Of a stretch of 20,000 bases of DNA, positions 10,157 through 20,000 are shown one piece after another; within the stretch, counting starts at the first letter, position 1; each line of letters opens with the position of its first letter. This stretch comes from Neodothiora populina (taxonomy: Eukaryota): contig NW_027191403.1 of assembly GCF_041146345.1 (NCBI RefSeq), forward strand, positions 117,726-137,725, written 5' to 3'. The position numbers and the translations under genes are program-made. The notes under the pieces were generated by a model. The model did not search any database. It worked only from the letters and a program-made list of their open reading frames with translations, and was not told the origin of the DNA.

Positions 10157-13100
10157 CTACCAAAGCATCCAGGGTATCAGCGTATCGTACTGCTTTCCTG
10201 CATCCTGGCCAGTCGGTGCGGGCTTCGTCGAGACACTCTTCCAAGCATCTTCGGCGCATTGCATGTGTTTAGCGCTTCGGCGTGAGTCTTTGAGCTGGGA
10301 GAATAGTTCTCCCAGCTTGAAGTGTCCGCGTGCAAGGAAGCCTCCAGCTCCTGATGATATGCCTTCGGCAATTGAAACCGATTGTTCCAGGAGCATGCTA
10401 TTGTTTCAGTCAGATGATGAACCCAGAACGCAAATCTGGTCGCTTACATTGTCGAGCTTGAATCCTGAAGTTGTAGGAGGCTTGCGACCGACTGCAGAGG
10501 ATCGGAAGTCTTCAACGTGTTACCGTGCATTCTCTGGCGAAACGTCAACGCCTTCGAAGCGAGGCGCGATGCGTCTTCTGTTCTGCCCTGTACCTGACGG
10601 ATACGGCTCAGAAGAACCATATCGCTTTTGGTATTGTCAGTACAATCTATCCGCAAAGGCACAAACCTTTGTAAAGACAACTCACCCTGCGAATCTAGGA
10701 TTGCTAGACTTCAGGAACGTTTCATCTGTAAATTCTGTCAATGATGGACACCTTTTAAGCATCTCTTCCGCCTCATCAGGTCTCCCCATTCGTAACAGAG
10801 TGCTAGACATGTTACTGTATGAGTTTCCAATCCGGTCCTCGTCTGTTCGAAGTCGGATCTCGATAGCTTGGGTGCCAGCAGTGACAGCGTCTTCAAGCTG
10901 ATTTAATTCAGTGTAAGCAAGTGAGATGGCGTTCAGACTCGACGCGATCAGAGGATCGTCATGATATAGTAGCATCTGCCGGAGTCGTAACGACTCCAAG
11001 AATTGCTCCAACGCCCCATCAAAATTACCAGTATCTAGTGCAACCAAGCCCTTGATCATGCGAACGCTGGCGTACATCAAGCTATCTTTGCTGTCAAGGA
11101 ACTCCATTGCTGAAGCTATGAAAGTCTCCGCTTGAACATAGAGCTCCCGCTCATAGAGATTCCTATATGGGTCCACATTAGAAGCGCACAACCAATATAC
11201 TGAGTTGTCGTCCTGAACCTACCAAGCGTATCGTAGAATCAATTCCGCAAAAGCTTTCGGGTCGGTCGGTTGCAATTTTTATTTTGTGCTTTGATTGATT
11301 AAGAAGGCGACGTGGGAGACACGGATCTCGCATTGAGCCCAAGTCTTGAATTGGTGACTGGTGACCTTGTTTCAGGTATTAGGGAATCCTGCACTCAAGA
11401 CTGCGATTGATGCGTCGAAGAACCTAATCGTCTCTTTTGGAGTCAATCGCCTCATCACCGTCGCCTGAACAAGTCGGTGAAGTGATAGCGAAGATTCTGT
11501 CGGAGACCTGTCGATCAAAGCTGCTCGGAGCAATTCTTCTTCGGCGTCCAGAAGACTGTCGATATCGTTAGATATGTCAGTACAAGTAATTCATGGCACT
11601 GGGCTTACTCCATCTCATCGTGCAAGAATTCGAGATCCTGGTCAGGTAAGGATAAATTGCCTTCTTGCAAGATGGACTCATGGACTTTGTCCGGGTCCAT
11701 AAACACAAGCAATTTCAACAAAGTGCTGGATGATTCGGACCATTTTCCTAAAGCCATCTGCCACACAGTGCTGAGAGTGTGTTCAAAATTTCCTGGTATC
11801 GTCTTTAGCGAGTCAATCTTGGCAGTATTGCGTTCATAGAGCGGTAGAAAGTCCGTCAGCGTCAGTCTTTGTTTCGCAATGAACCCACTGATCTGAGTTA
11901 TTGCAAGCGGCAAGCCAGCGACAGTTTCTACAATCCTAGAGGCTATGATTTTCTCATCCTGGTTTCTATATCACGACCAGTGAGTCTAAGCAAAGCTTCT
12001 ACTCCATCGTCTTCATTGAATGGTTCAACTCGGCAAACAGTTGCAGAGAGTCCAAAGCCCACGTTGGAGTCACGAGAAGTGATTAATACTGCTCCAGTGT
12101 CGCTCTCCGGCCAAGCACTGGCGAGAAGCTGCGGATCATCCACATTATCTATTATCACAAGCCACCGACAGTCTGCTAAACAGTCAGCGCAGGTTCATGC
12201 CGTTCATGAGCATGATTGATGCTTACTTGAGCTTGTGAGCCAGCTTTTCACTTTGGCTTGTGCGTCAATTGCATCGTCGGCGACCAATTCCCCTTCTGTC
12301 AGACCTAGTTTTCGCGAAACCTGCAAAAAGCTTTGCCTCATTTTGATTTCGCTATCTGCAGATGTCCAGAAGACAGCATCATATCTGTCACGCAAGTTGC
12401 GGGCGTATGAAAGGGCTAATTTGGTTTTACCCACACCGCCCATGCCATGCAAAATGACACACTTGGAACCACTCGTATTCTCAGGAGCGAGGACCTGCTC
12501 AAGGATCTTGAGAAGGTCGCTGCGACCGAAGAACTGGTTTCTCCCATCGTCGGGCATGACGTAGCAAGGGAGATGCTTCTCTTGCGTACGATCTACTGAC
12601 AGCAATCCCAAAGCTTCTGTCAACTCACTCCTATCCTTGGAACGCGCCCTCAGACGGACTACTTCAGCTTCGTTGTCAACTCTCTGCGAAAGGTGTTTCA
12701 GATGCTTGATGGTCTGCTTGAAATCAGTGTCAAGCCGAGCCCATCCGACGCGAATCAGAAAGTCTATGACGAGTGATGAGTGTGAATTTAATTCGATATA
12801 TAAAGCGTAGTACTCACGGTGCGGAGCTGCACGGAGAAATTTGATAGCTCTCGCGCAAAAACATATCATCTCAACGTATACGTCGATAAGGGCAGATTCC
12901 AGCACGGGTGTCATGGGTAATGTTTCCTCGTATGTGCGGAATCGTGGCAGCGACAAGCTCAGCTCGTCCAGCATGCTTAGCATGGCATCGAGTGTATCTG
13001 CTGTCGGGGCTGCCAACTGTGGGCCATTAGCTGTTGTTTTAGGAATTTCCTATGGACACCATTACCGCCAATATCAATTTTAAGCTGCCCCATACAAGGC

Positions 13101-13434
13101 CGGTCACTTTTGAGTCAGCACCACTACAGATCGCAATGATCGCAGAGAAGTCATTGATCTGCGAAAGTATCGACTCAAGACGGACAAGAGACTCAGTTGT
13201 TGTAGAACTGCGTGTGAAGTTCGCGGCTCCAAAGCTTTGGTCTGAGCCAGCAACTCTTCTGCCCTTCGTATGTCGGCGAACGAGACATCTTCGTCCCCAA
13301 GTTCAAGCTGGAATCTAGTCATAGCTTTAGACAGCAAATTGCTTCGCAATGGCGACTTGGGCTACGCGAACGGTTAGTAGATCTGGCTGTGAAGCACAGG
13401 GAGCCCTTTGTCACCTTGAGGCCTGTGAGTCCAT
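10157..13434 (-). pseudogene. NLR-like STAND gene (helical N-terminal domain - NB-ARC - winged helix - TPR), multiply disrupted; 5' end uncertain
   Basis: Introns (minus strand) 13065-13017, 12817-12764, 12226-12173, 11608-11556, 11222-11163, 10685-10625 and 10447-10398, all GT..AG, plus a probable 13414-13362. Motifs: N-terminal LVWGSLKLIL and SLPRFRTYEETLP, FFGR, Walker A LHGMGGVGKT, Walker B WLVIIDNVDD, LITSRD, GLPLAITQ, LHRLVQ, TPR-like helices (ALEQFLESLRLR, IASSLNAISLAY, IGNSYSNMSSTL) and end IPWMLW*. Lesions: frameshifts at about 13214 and 11964, TGA at 11372-11374, TAA at 11279-11281. Confidence 0.85.
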
Positions 13435-14073
13435 CTTGAAGTCGTGGTCCAGGCGGGGACTTCAGTATTCAATGATAGCTTATATCAAGCATATCTTACT
13501 GCAGGCTCATAACCTTTATGTTTCGAGACACCGCCCGAGTCTTATACACAAGCGCTGCGAAGAGTGCCTCTGTTCACTGACTTGAAGTCGCTGCTGCAAC
13601 GGGATGTACGAAGGCAATTCGTTTGAAACACGTTGCGATGACATGGCCTTTCTGAGATGCTAGGATGCTCAAATGCTCTGATTGATGGAAGTGTGAACCG
13701 ATGTGCCATATTAGGGTCCCACAGCTGTCCTGTTATTCGCTGGATAACTTATCTAGGCGCTGTGGCTACTGCATGTGCAAGCAGTTCTCCGCACTCTTAT
13801 TGTAGAAACTACTATCTTCATACATGTTTTGCGCTTTGTATCTCCATTTCGTACTATCGACCAACGACCTTGTTCAGGTGAATATTGTCACACAACCAAG
13901 ACGGTTGTAAGGTCGTCGGCAATCATGTTGCATGGGGAAAAATAAATAACGCCGCTATCCAATCCTCTCAAGATTCTTCTCGTCCAATACAATTCCAATC
14001 ATAACAAGCAACTACAGGGTGACAGATCTGCAAATTCGCTGAAGAGATTCACAAGTACATCACCTCGCCGATT

Positions 14074-15447
14074 TCACGACCCCGCGAGCTCGATGGCCTG
14101 CAGTATGACTTGAACAAGTGTTAAAAGCAGACTCATGCCTCCAAAGAGCACAACGGCGCAAAAGGTGTACCATTGCACGGAGTCTCTCTTATCTTTCCAG
14201 ATACCCTTCCAGCCTTGAGGTTTGATGTCTGCCAACTGTCGCTGGAGAATAGCAAATCGTTGCCGTAGTATCGGGAAGTCGCGGTGTAGACGATACGTGT
14301 CCCTCCCTCTGCACAGCAAATGAAGACGTGGCCCGCCAGAGCCGCATAGTTGCGACAGAATAGGATCGTTCATCTTCCTGTCCGTTGGAAATATCTTCAT
14401 TGTTCGAAAAAGTCGTCTTGATGCTTTGGCTTGTCCGAAAAGCAATCGATATGACAGCAGAATCTCTTTCAGAAGCTGTGTAATCTCTGTATCGGAAGCC
14501 CACTGCGGAGAACTGTCTACCTGTGCGGCGAGTCTGCGCGTTGATTGGGTCAGAGAAAACTTTTGGAGGACTGTTTGGACGTGTAGCCTACCCATGCAAT
14601 ACTCCCTTCAAGTCCGACTCGTGTTGCGCCGGGATATTTGCCAGACAAAATGACGGCCAGCGAAAGAGAAACACTGTGTTGGTTGCTCGGTCGAACTCTA
14701 GATGTGGAGCCAACACATCGACCCATTTAATGCTAATGCTTGCAAGATCATGCAAGATAGCTGCGTTCAGCAGAGTAGGTTTCGTGATCTCAATGTCTTC
14801 GAATGCTTGTTGGTCCTTCGGGCCCTCGCTTGTGCAACAATTCTGAATGGGCAACATCAGGCCGAAACCGACAAGGAAATCAGGAAGACTGCGTCTTGAA
14901 GCAGGCTGATCTTGACTTAGTCGAGACAGAGCTTGGCTTGGATATCCATCGAGGACATCGGTAATGGATAGAGTCCCGGGGGTTTCAATTGTGATATCAG
15001 GCTCGTACAGCATAGTCTGCCATCCAAGCATTGCAAATGTGACCATAGTCGCAAGCTGAGCTCCATCTTTTGAGTCATCTGAACTGATCAAGTCTAATCG
15101 AAGTAAAGTCTGTGCGATTTTGTGGACGCTTTGCTGGGTTTTTGCGCCATTTGAGACTTCTTTGAAAGTCTGCGGGACAGATCTTATTCGGCTAGCAATG
15201 GAGGGAGGAATGCTTGCAAAACGCTCATTCACCCACTGCCGATACCATTGCAAGAAAGGTGCTTCGGTCCATTCGCATGGCTCGTCTGACTTTTGCGGGA
15301 ATATGGTAAGTGCCACTGGTGCTTCCCGGAAAAAGACATTGCTCTCTGCTTTTTGAGCCTGTCAATAAGAACGTGATCCTGACGATGATCCAGGTGTATA
15401 CACATACATTTGTGACGATTGGGCCCCTCAGTTGTGCCTGTGTTCAT
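14074..15447 (-). CDS. Uncharacterised fungal protein with a C-terminal transmembrane helix, probably 3 exons, about 418 aa
   Basis: The ORF-track ORFs 14588-15316 and 14074-14595 join in frame via intron 14591..14534 (GTAGGC...CTGAC...CAG). A tentative first exon 15447-15408 with intron 15407..15349 (GTATGT...AAG) keeps the frame; total 1257 nt. Protein-like blocks WVDVLAPHLEFDRATNTVFLFRWPSFC and EILLSYRLLFGQ, then WKDKRDSVQWYTF followed by hydrophobic CAVVLFGGMSLLLTLVQVILQAI. Confidence 0.7.
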
Positions 15448-16710
15448 CGTAAACCAGACTCATATAAGAGACTCATGAGAGTCGCTGTGCTCCAGATTTG
15501 CATATATACAGGTGGTCGTCGAATCTATGTATCCAATCCGAATTATCCTTCTTTATCAAGGAAATGAAATCAAGACATTGCGGCTGTGCTCCCCTAGGCG
15601 CCCCGTGGCTGCCTTGTAGTGATGACGATGAAACCGCCAGATTAATCCCCTGGCGATAGCATCAGCACTCTGTCGCACAGAAAATTATATGCAATCAATC
15701 CAAGACAAGGATGCATATATATAGAAATTGGAAAGGCGTCAAATGTCAGCCGAGCAGACAACGAACACCAGGGTCCTGGTTGAGGAGGTGTGACTGCAGC
15801 ATCACATCGTGAAAGATAAGAAAGACCCACTGCGAGTTCGTCGATTGGACGCCCTCCTATCAGCACAATCAACTCCCCTACATTCCCTGTGATGGATCTC
15901 ATCTGTATCCTGTTAGGACTTTCGAATACTCGGATACGTCCATCAACCTTCTTTCTCCCCTAGGCTTGCATGGATACGAGAACCCTAACACGCGATGAGA
16001 GCGTAGCTATTCCATTGCACCAGATGTATCATTATGAAGAAGTGGAAACATGGGAAGAAAGCCCCCCAGACCTGCATTTTCTAGATCCTTACTTACGCGG
16101 TCTTGTACGGTGCTGGCGGCTATCTATGTCGAGCAGAGTTCGAGGCGTTGCCGCCGTGGTAGAGGGGTGTGATTGGAGTGGAAATCCATGACTTTTTGGT
16201 ACTGATCGGAATGGACTTCCATACCACAGCACTCCTTAATTTGATACAGTTATCGTCCCACTTCTACTTTATACACGCACAGAGACCAGTCTATGACCTT
16301 CATGTAAGCATGGGGAATGTGGTGATTTCATTCGCCTCTGCCGTGTTCTTCCAACAGACTATGGAGAAACCAGGTCTCTTCAGCCTCGGAATTCCTGCTC
16401 GTGGCTGGAGCAGCGGGGACTAAAACGATGGTACCGTTTCTAGAGGTCGACATTCAGCTTCTGGCAATCCCAATAGGTTACTGATTGAACATCAATGGTA
16501 AGTTTTATCGTAGATCGTTGCACACCTAAATGATCGTGGTCGAGGAGGTATACATGCGACCAAATCTTTCGTATATGAATCTTTTTGTCTATCGGGTCCT
16601 GTCCCCTTCGTTATATTCGTAATCACCAACACAACCTATTCCTTCAAACTTACTCTATCCAGGAATTTGGACTCCTTCCACTGTGCTTTTGGTCTGTCAA
16701 ATACATAGCC

Positions 16711-17635
16711 TCAAGTCGAGCAAGTCCCCACACCCGCAGCATCAGCCTGCGAACAGATGAACTCTGCGGCATCAAAGCCGTGGTTGTTGATATACTGATA
16801 ATGCGGCGCCAGATACAATCCAGAGTCACAGTATGCATCCCTATGAATAAGTCAAGCTCATCAGCGAAAGTCCCAATCTAGACAAACCTCCCTCATTTCC
16901 CGTTCCGAAAGTCGGGAAAAGCGATAAAAGAGAAAGAAAAGAACTCACCCATCATCACAATAACTCTGCACTTTACTCGCGAAGCCCGTGCAAGCGCTCA
17001 GAGAAGTGCGCGGGAACAAGCCGTTGGAGGTGGCGTTGCCTTTGTCAAAGGACAGACCAGAGACGTTTGCCGGATCGCCGAACATGACTACGGCGATTAC
17101 TGTGATCTCAAATCAGCCTTGTTTTCCTTTTCGATAGAAAGAGTCGACAGGACATTCGACTCCAGAAAAACTCACCATTCGTGCTATACTTGCTCGCCAA
17201 CGCGCTCGTCTGCGTGAACCCCCCGGCGGACGTCGTCCCACAAACCGTATCGCCCGCGACCTGCGCGCCCTGCGAATACCCCAACAGCACGATTTTGCTC
17301 TTCGGACACGCAGCGACATGACTCTGTACGAGCTTCGTCATGTTCGATACGCCGGTGTATACGCTGTCTGCATAACGTGCCAGAGAGGCAGGGTAGTCGA
17401 CCGCGACGTGGTCGCTGCCGGGCAGGTGGGATTCGACGGCGCTGATTAGTGGTGAGAGCAGGGTGCCGGTGCCGGGAGATTCGGTCGAGCCGCGGGCTAC
17501 GATCATGTGCACGCCTTCGGTTGTGCAGGTTGGGGTGGTTTGGCGGGATTTTAGGGGTTCGACGGGGGTGGATGTGGCGCGGCACGGAAGGGTTGCCAGG
17601 AGAGCGGCGAGGATTGGCAGGAGAGAGAACTTCAT
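16711..17635 (-). CDS. Secreted carbohydrate esterase family 5 (acetylxylan esterase / cutinase-like), 3 exons, 246 aa
   Basis: Signal peptide MKFSLLPILAALLATLPCRA. Exons 17635-17176, 17099-16949 and 16840-16711; introns GTGAGT..CAG and GTGAGT..TAG. Motifs ARGSTE, VDYPA, CPKSKIVLLGYSQGAQV (catalytic Ser), MFGDP, SYCDDGDAYC (Asp) and APHYQY (His). Very GC-rich (a spot 60-mer at 17221 is 72% GC). Confidence 0.92.
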
Positions 17636-18319
17636 GCTTGAGAGTAGTGGTTGATGTTTCCGTGGGTATCAACTGTTTACGTTGTAGAAAGCGAGATACG
17701 GCCACCGAAAGGAGAATTGGACGACAGAAGAATGGCTTATGTACGGATTATTGCAGGAGCTGCTCTATCCAGGAGAAAAGGACTCAGAAAGATAACATGC
17801 ATCTCCGGCGAAAAGAAAGACAGAACAGCCATCTGTTACACTAAAGTAGCTGAAGGCAAGCGAGAACTATACCCAACCCACCCTCTCACCCGGGAATATC
17901 ATCCGTACACTGGCATGAACTACCAAACCAACCGTCGACGGTCCACGCTCTCCCTCGACCAACGCCCATGCGAATCCGTCATTTTCTGCAGTGAAATGCA
18001 AATTCACACAACGACCGCGGGTCTCGAAAGGGCCTTTCTAGGGCGAATATACGATATAGAGTTCAGAACCTACAGAAAGACGTTGGGAGTCAAGCAAAAA
18101 GGGTCAGTGGGTGAAGACTCAGGGTAGACGTTGACGGTTTCGCCGACTCAAGGGCGTTGACGTCGGGTTTTGCTCTGTTCTGTTTTGCTCGGTGAGGGAT
18201 ATGTGAAGAAACAGGGTAGGTGGGGTGGGGTGGCTATGTCTCATGGACGGTTTGTAGGGTGGAGATATACAAATAATGTTCAAAAACCGACGATAATGTC
18301 CATTCGTCAGTTTTCGTAA

Positions 18320-18348
18320 TAGTAGTAGTAGTAGTAGTAGTAGTAGTA
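18320..18348. repeat. (TAG)9 trinucleotide microsatellite
   Basis: Nine perfect TAG units at 18320-18346 followed by TA. Confidence 0.95.
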
Positions 18349-18670
18349 CCTTAGCAGTGGCTCAGTGATAGCACATGAAAGTATCGAAGATGACTGTGGG
18401 ATACCTACAGTGCGAGTCGCACTCAGGGCAGGCTACGCAATCCCACAAGAGCCCCAGATGAAGAATAGCATGAGTAGAGATGTAGATGAATATTTAATTG
18501 GCTGACGCAATATACGCAATGTCAATGCCAGTTCGAGGCAATATAGTAAGGGTAACTCAGGTACCTTACCTTTATTTCAATCGCCTGCGCATCGCATCGC
18601 AGTCGCTCCGCAGCGCGACGGACCGCGGCAACTCTAACCACCTTACCTTACCATACGGGTACAGTACCTA

Positions 18671-18697
18671 CAGTGACGTGGATAAGTCTGGTCCGAG
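18671..18697. repeat. Putative terminal inverted repeat of the Tc1-like element
   Basis: TA|CAGTG start typical of Tc1-family termini, with an internal ATAAGT resembling impala-type TIRs (from memory). The partner copy would lie beyond 20000, so the length is unverified. Confidence 0.55.
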
Positions 18698-18836
18698 GGT
18701 TCCTTAGCAACCACCTCGATGATTATTCGATGTATCTCTTTCGCGTATATCTCCACCAAATCAAGGCGTATTCAAGCTCCGATTGCGCAGTTCGATAGCT
18801 TAGATCTAGCGCTTTAACCTGTATATAGATAGATAT

Positions 18837-19916
18837 CTAGTACTTTGTGTGCCAACCACGCGCATCAATCAATGCTTGTACACGCCTTGGCATCGATTCG
18901 AGGATACCTTTAATTGTATCTGCTGCAATTACCTTCCACGCAAGTGGCAGTACCTCGAGTAATACCTCTCGCTGTTGTGTTTTGTTCTGTATACCGTCTA
19001 GATCAGGCCGAATCCTATAGATTTCCTGTTTAAGGTGTACCTAGACGTGCTCAATTGGGTTCATATCTGGACTATACGGCGGCCACTTTGGGTACATATA
19101 TACCCCGATATTATCGAACTAATCGAGCGTATGATTCGCAGTATGGATTGGAGCGTTATCCTGCATGAATACCTGGTCATTATATACAGGAACGAGGCCT
19201 TCCTCGAGCGTATTTGTATAGGAAACTGCTGTATATCCGCCGCGTAGAGCCTCTGGATCCCGGTCCATTATTATGAGCTCCGAGTTGTCGAGGGACAGTC
19301 CAATTACTGCTTAAACCATAACAGATGCTTGCTTCCCTTTTGGATATTCCTGGATGCGTGCAGTTGTCCACTTTTCTTCCGGATATCCAAAGGCCCATTG
19401 CCGTTGCTGTCCGGCTCCTTTTTTTACCGAACACTCGTCGGAAAAAAGCCACGTTGACCAGTCCGTATCGACGTTAGCAAGCGCCCATTCGAGGCGTAGC
19501 TGTGCATGTACCTCTGTTAGGTGTGGGCGCTTTTTGCAGCGCCAATTGATAATGCCATTCTTCTGTAGTATCGACCGTAACGTGTCCCGACTAAGATCGA
19601 GGCTGGACTCCTGTTGCAGCTGCTGATACGTCCATTTTGGATTTTTCCGGGCAATCCGAACGACTAATCGTTCTGTACGGTCGGTATATTGCTTTAGTCG
19701 ACCAGATCGGGCGTTATTTTGTGTTGTACCGCGCGCAATTGTCTTCTGAATAATACGTGAAACTGTACGCAGAGGCAGCGATTCCGCAGTAGCAATTTCT
19801 AATCGCGATTGGCCGGCAGCAAAACGTCCAATAATACGCTGCTTAGTATCATTTGAAAGCTCTGATCTAGATGCGCGAGCCTCTATCAAATTAGGTAAAT
19901 CAGATGGTTGAGACAT
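18837..19916 (-). pseudogene. Tc1-like DDE transposase, 359 codons, three premature stops at Trp positions
   Basis: N-terminal HTH (ELSNDTKQRIIG, RTVSRII, RSGR), KKRPHLT, RLEWA and catalytic FSDE. The same frame continues past 19311 as MV*AVIG...FMQDNAPIHT...LD*F...WPPYSPDMNPIEHV*VHLK...SMPRRVQALIDARGWHTKY* (natural stop 18837-18839). Premature stops at 19311-19313 (TAA), 19119-19121 (TAG) and 19041-19043 (TAG). Confidence 0.92.
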
Positions 19917-20000
19917 TGGTGGTCATAGCTAGAACAAAGGATAGTAGAACGCGTGTTTGAGGAAGACGCGAAGTTGAGCACAGACTTAAGCCCTAGTACT

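Larger units (their letters stand above)
18671..20000 (-). mobile_element. Tc1/mariner (impala-like) DNA transposon, RIP-inactivated, truncated by the window edge
   Basis: Contains a full-length transposase reading frame. The putative terminus CAGTGACGTGGATAAGTCTGG at 18671 follows a TA dinucleotide (18669-18670), about 165 bp beyond the transposase stop. The opposite end is not in the window. Confidence 0.85.

Noticed and set aside
10263..10901. 212-aa plus-strand ORF
   Set aside because: Antisense shadow of the NLR TPR exons with no recognisable motifs.
13066..14200. Amyloid signalling motif (HRAM/PP/sigma) at the NLR N-terminus or the neighbour's C-terminus
   Set aside because: Neither terminus shows N/Q/G-rich pseudo-repeats; the neighbour ends in a hydrophobic helix.
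14534..14595. Apparent frameshift between ORFs 14588-15316 and 14074-14595
   Set aside because: Fully explained by a canonical 58-nt intron.
17184..18127. Alternative-frame ORFs over and upstream of the CE5 gene
   Set aside because: The ORFs overlapping the gene are GC-rich frame shadows with Arg/Pro-biased translations; the upstream 158-aa ORF has no recognisable motifs.
18348..18432. tRNA-like sequence (TGGCTCAGTG A-box-like motif, two stem-loops)
   Set aside because: No GTTCRA T-loop, no 7-nt anticodon loop and a mismatched acceptor stem, so it cannot fold as a cloverleaf.

Overview
Intron-containing DNA from a filamentous ascomycete: 48-108 nt GT-AG introns with CTRAY-like branch points, plus a RIP-mutated transposon. 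From left to right it holds a probable non-coding leader/promoter of a gene off the left edge and an intact Pho80/Pcl-type cyclin (-). Next comes an apparently lower-GC block (about 4.2-15.4 kb) with an intact DUF1295 membrane protein (-), an intact PLP-dependent class-V C-S lyase (Egt2/LolT-like, +), a disrupted dipeptidyl peptidase III paralogue (+), a multiply disrupted NB-ARC/TPR NLR-like gene (-) and an intact uncharacterised protein with a C-terminal TM helix (-). The right end has a GC-rich secreted CE5 acetylxylan esterase/cutinase (-), a (TAG)9 microsatellite and a RIP-inactivated Tc1/impala-like DNA transposon running off the edge. Exon structures were reconstructed by hand, and family calls rest on remembered motifs rather than database searches. 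No novel system is demonstrated. The best leads are the decaying accessory block, the NLR next to an unknown TM protein, and the C-S lyase next to an atypical DPP III.
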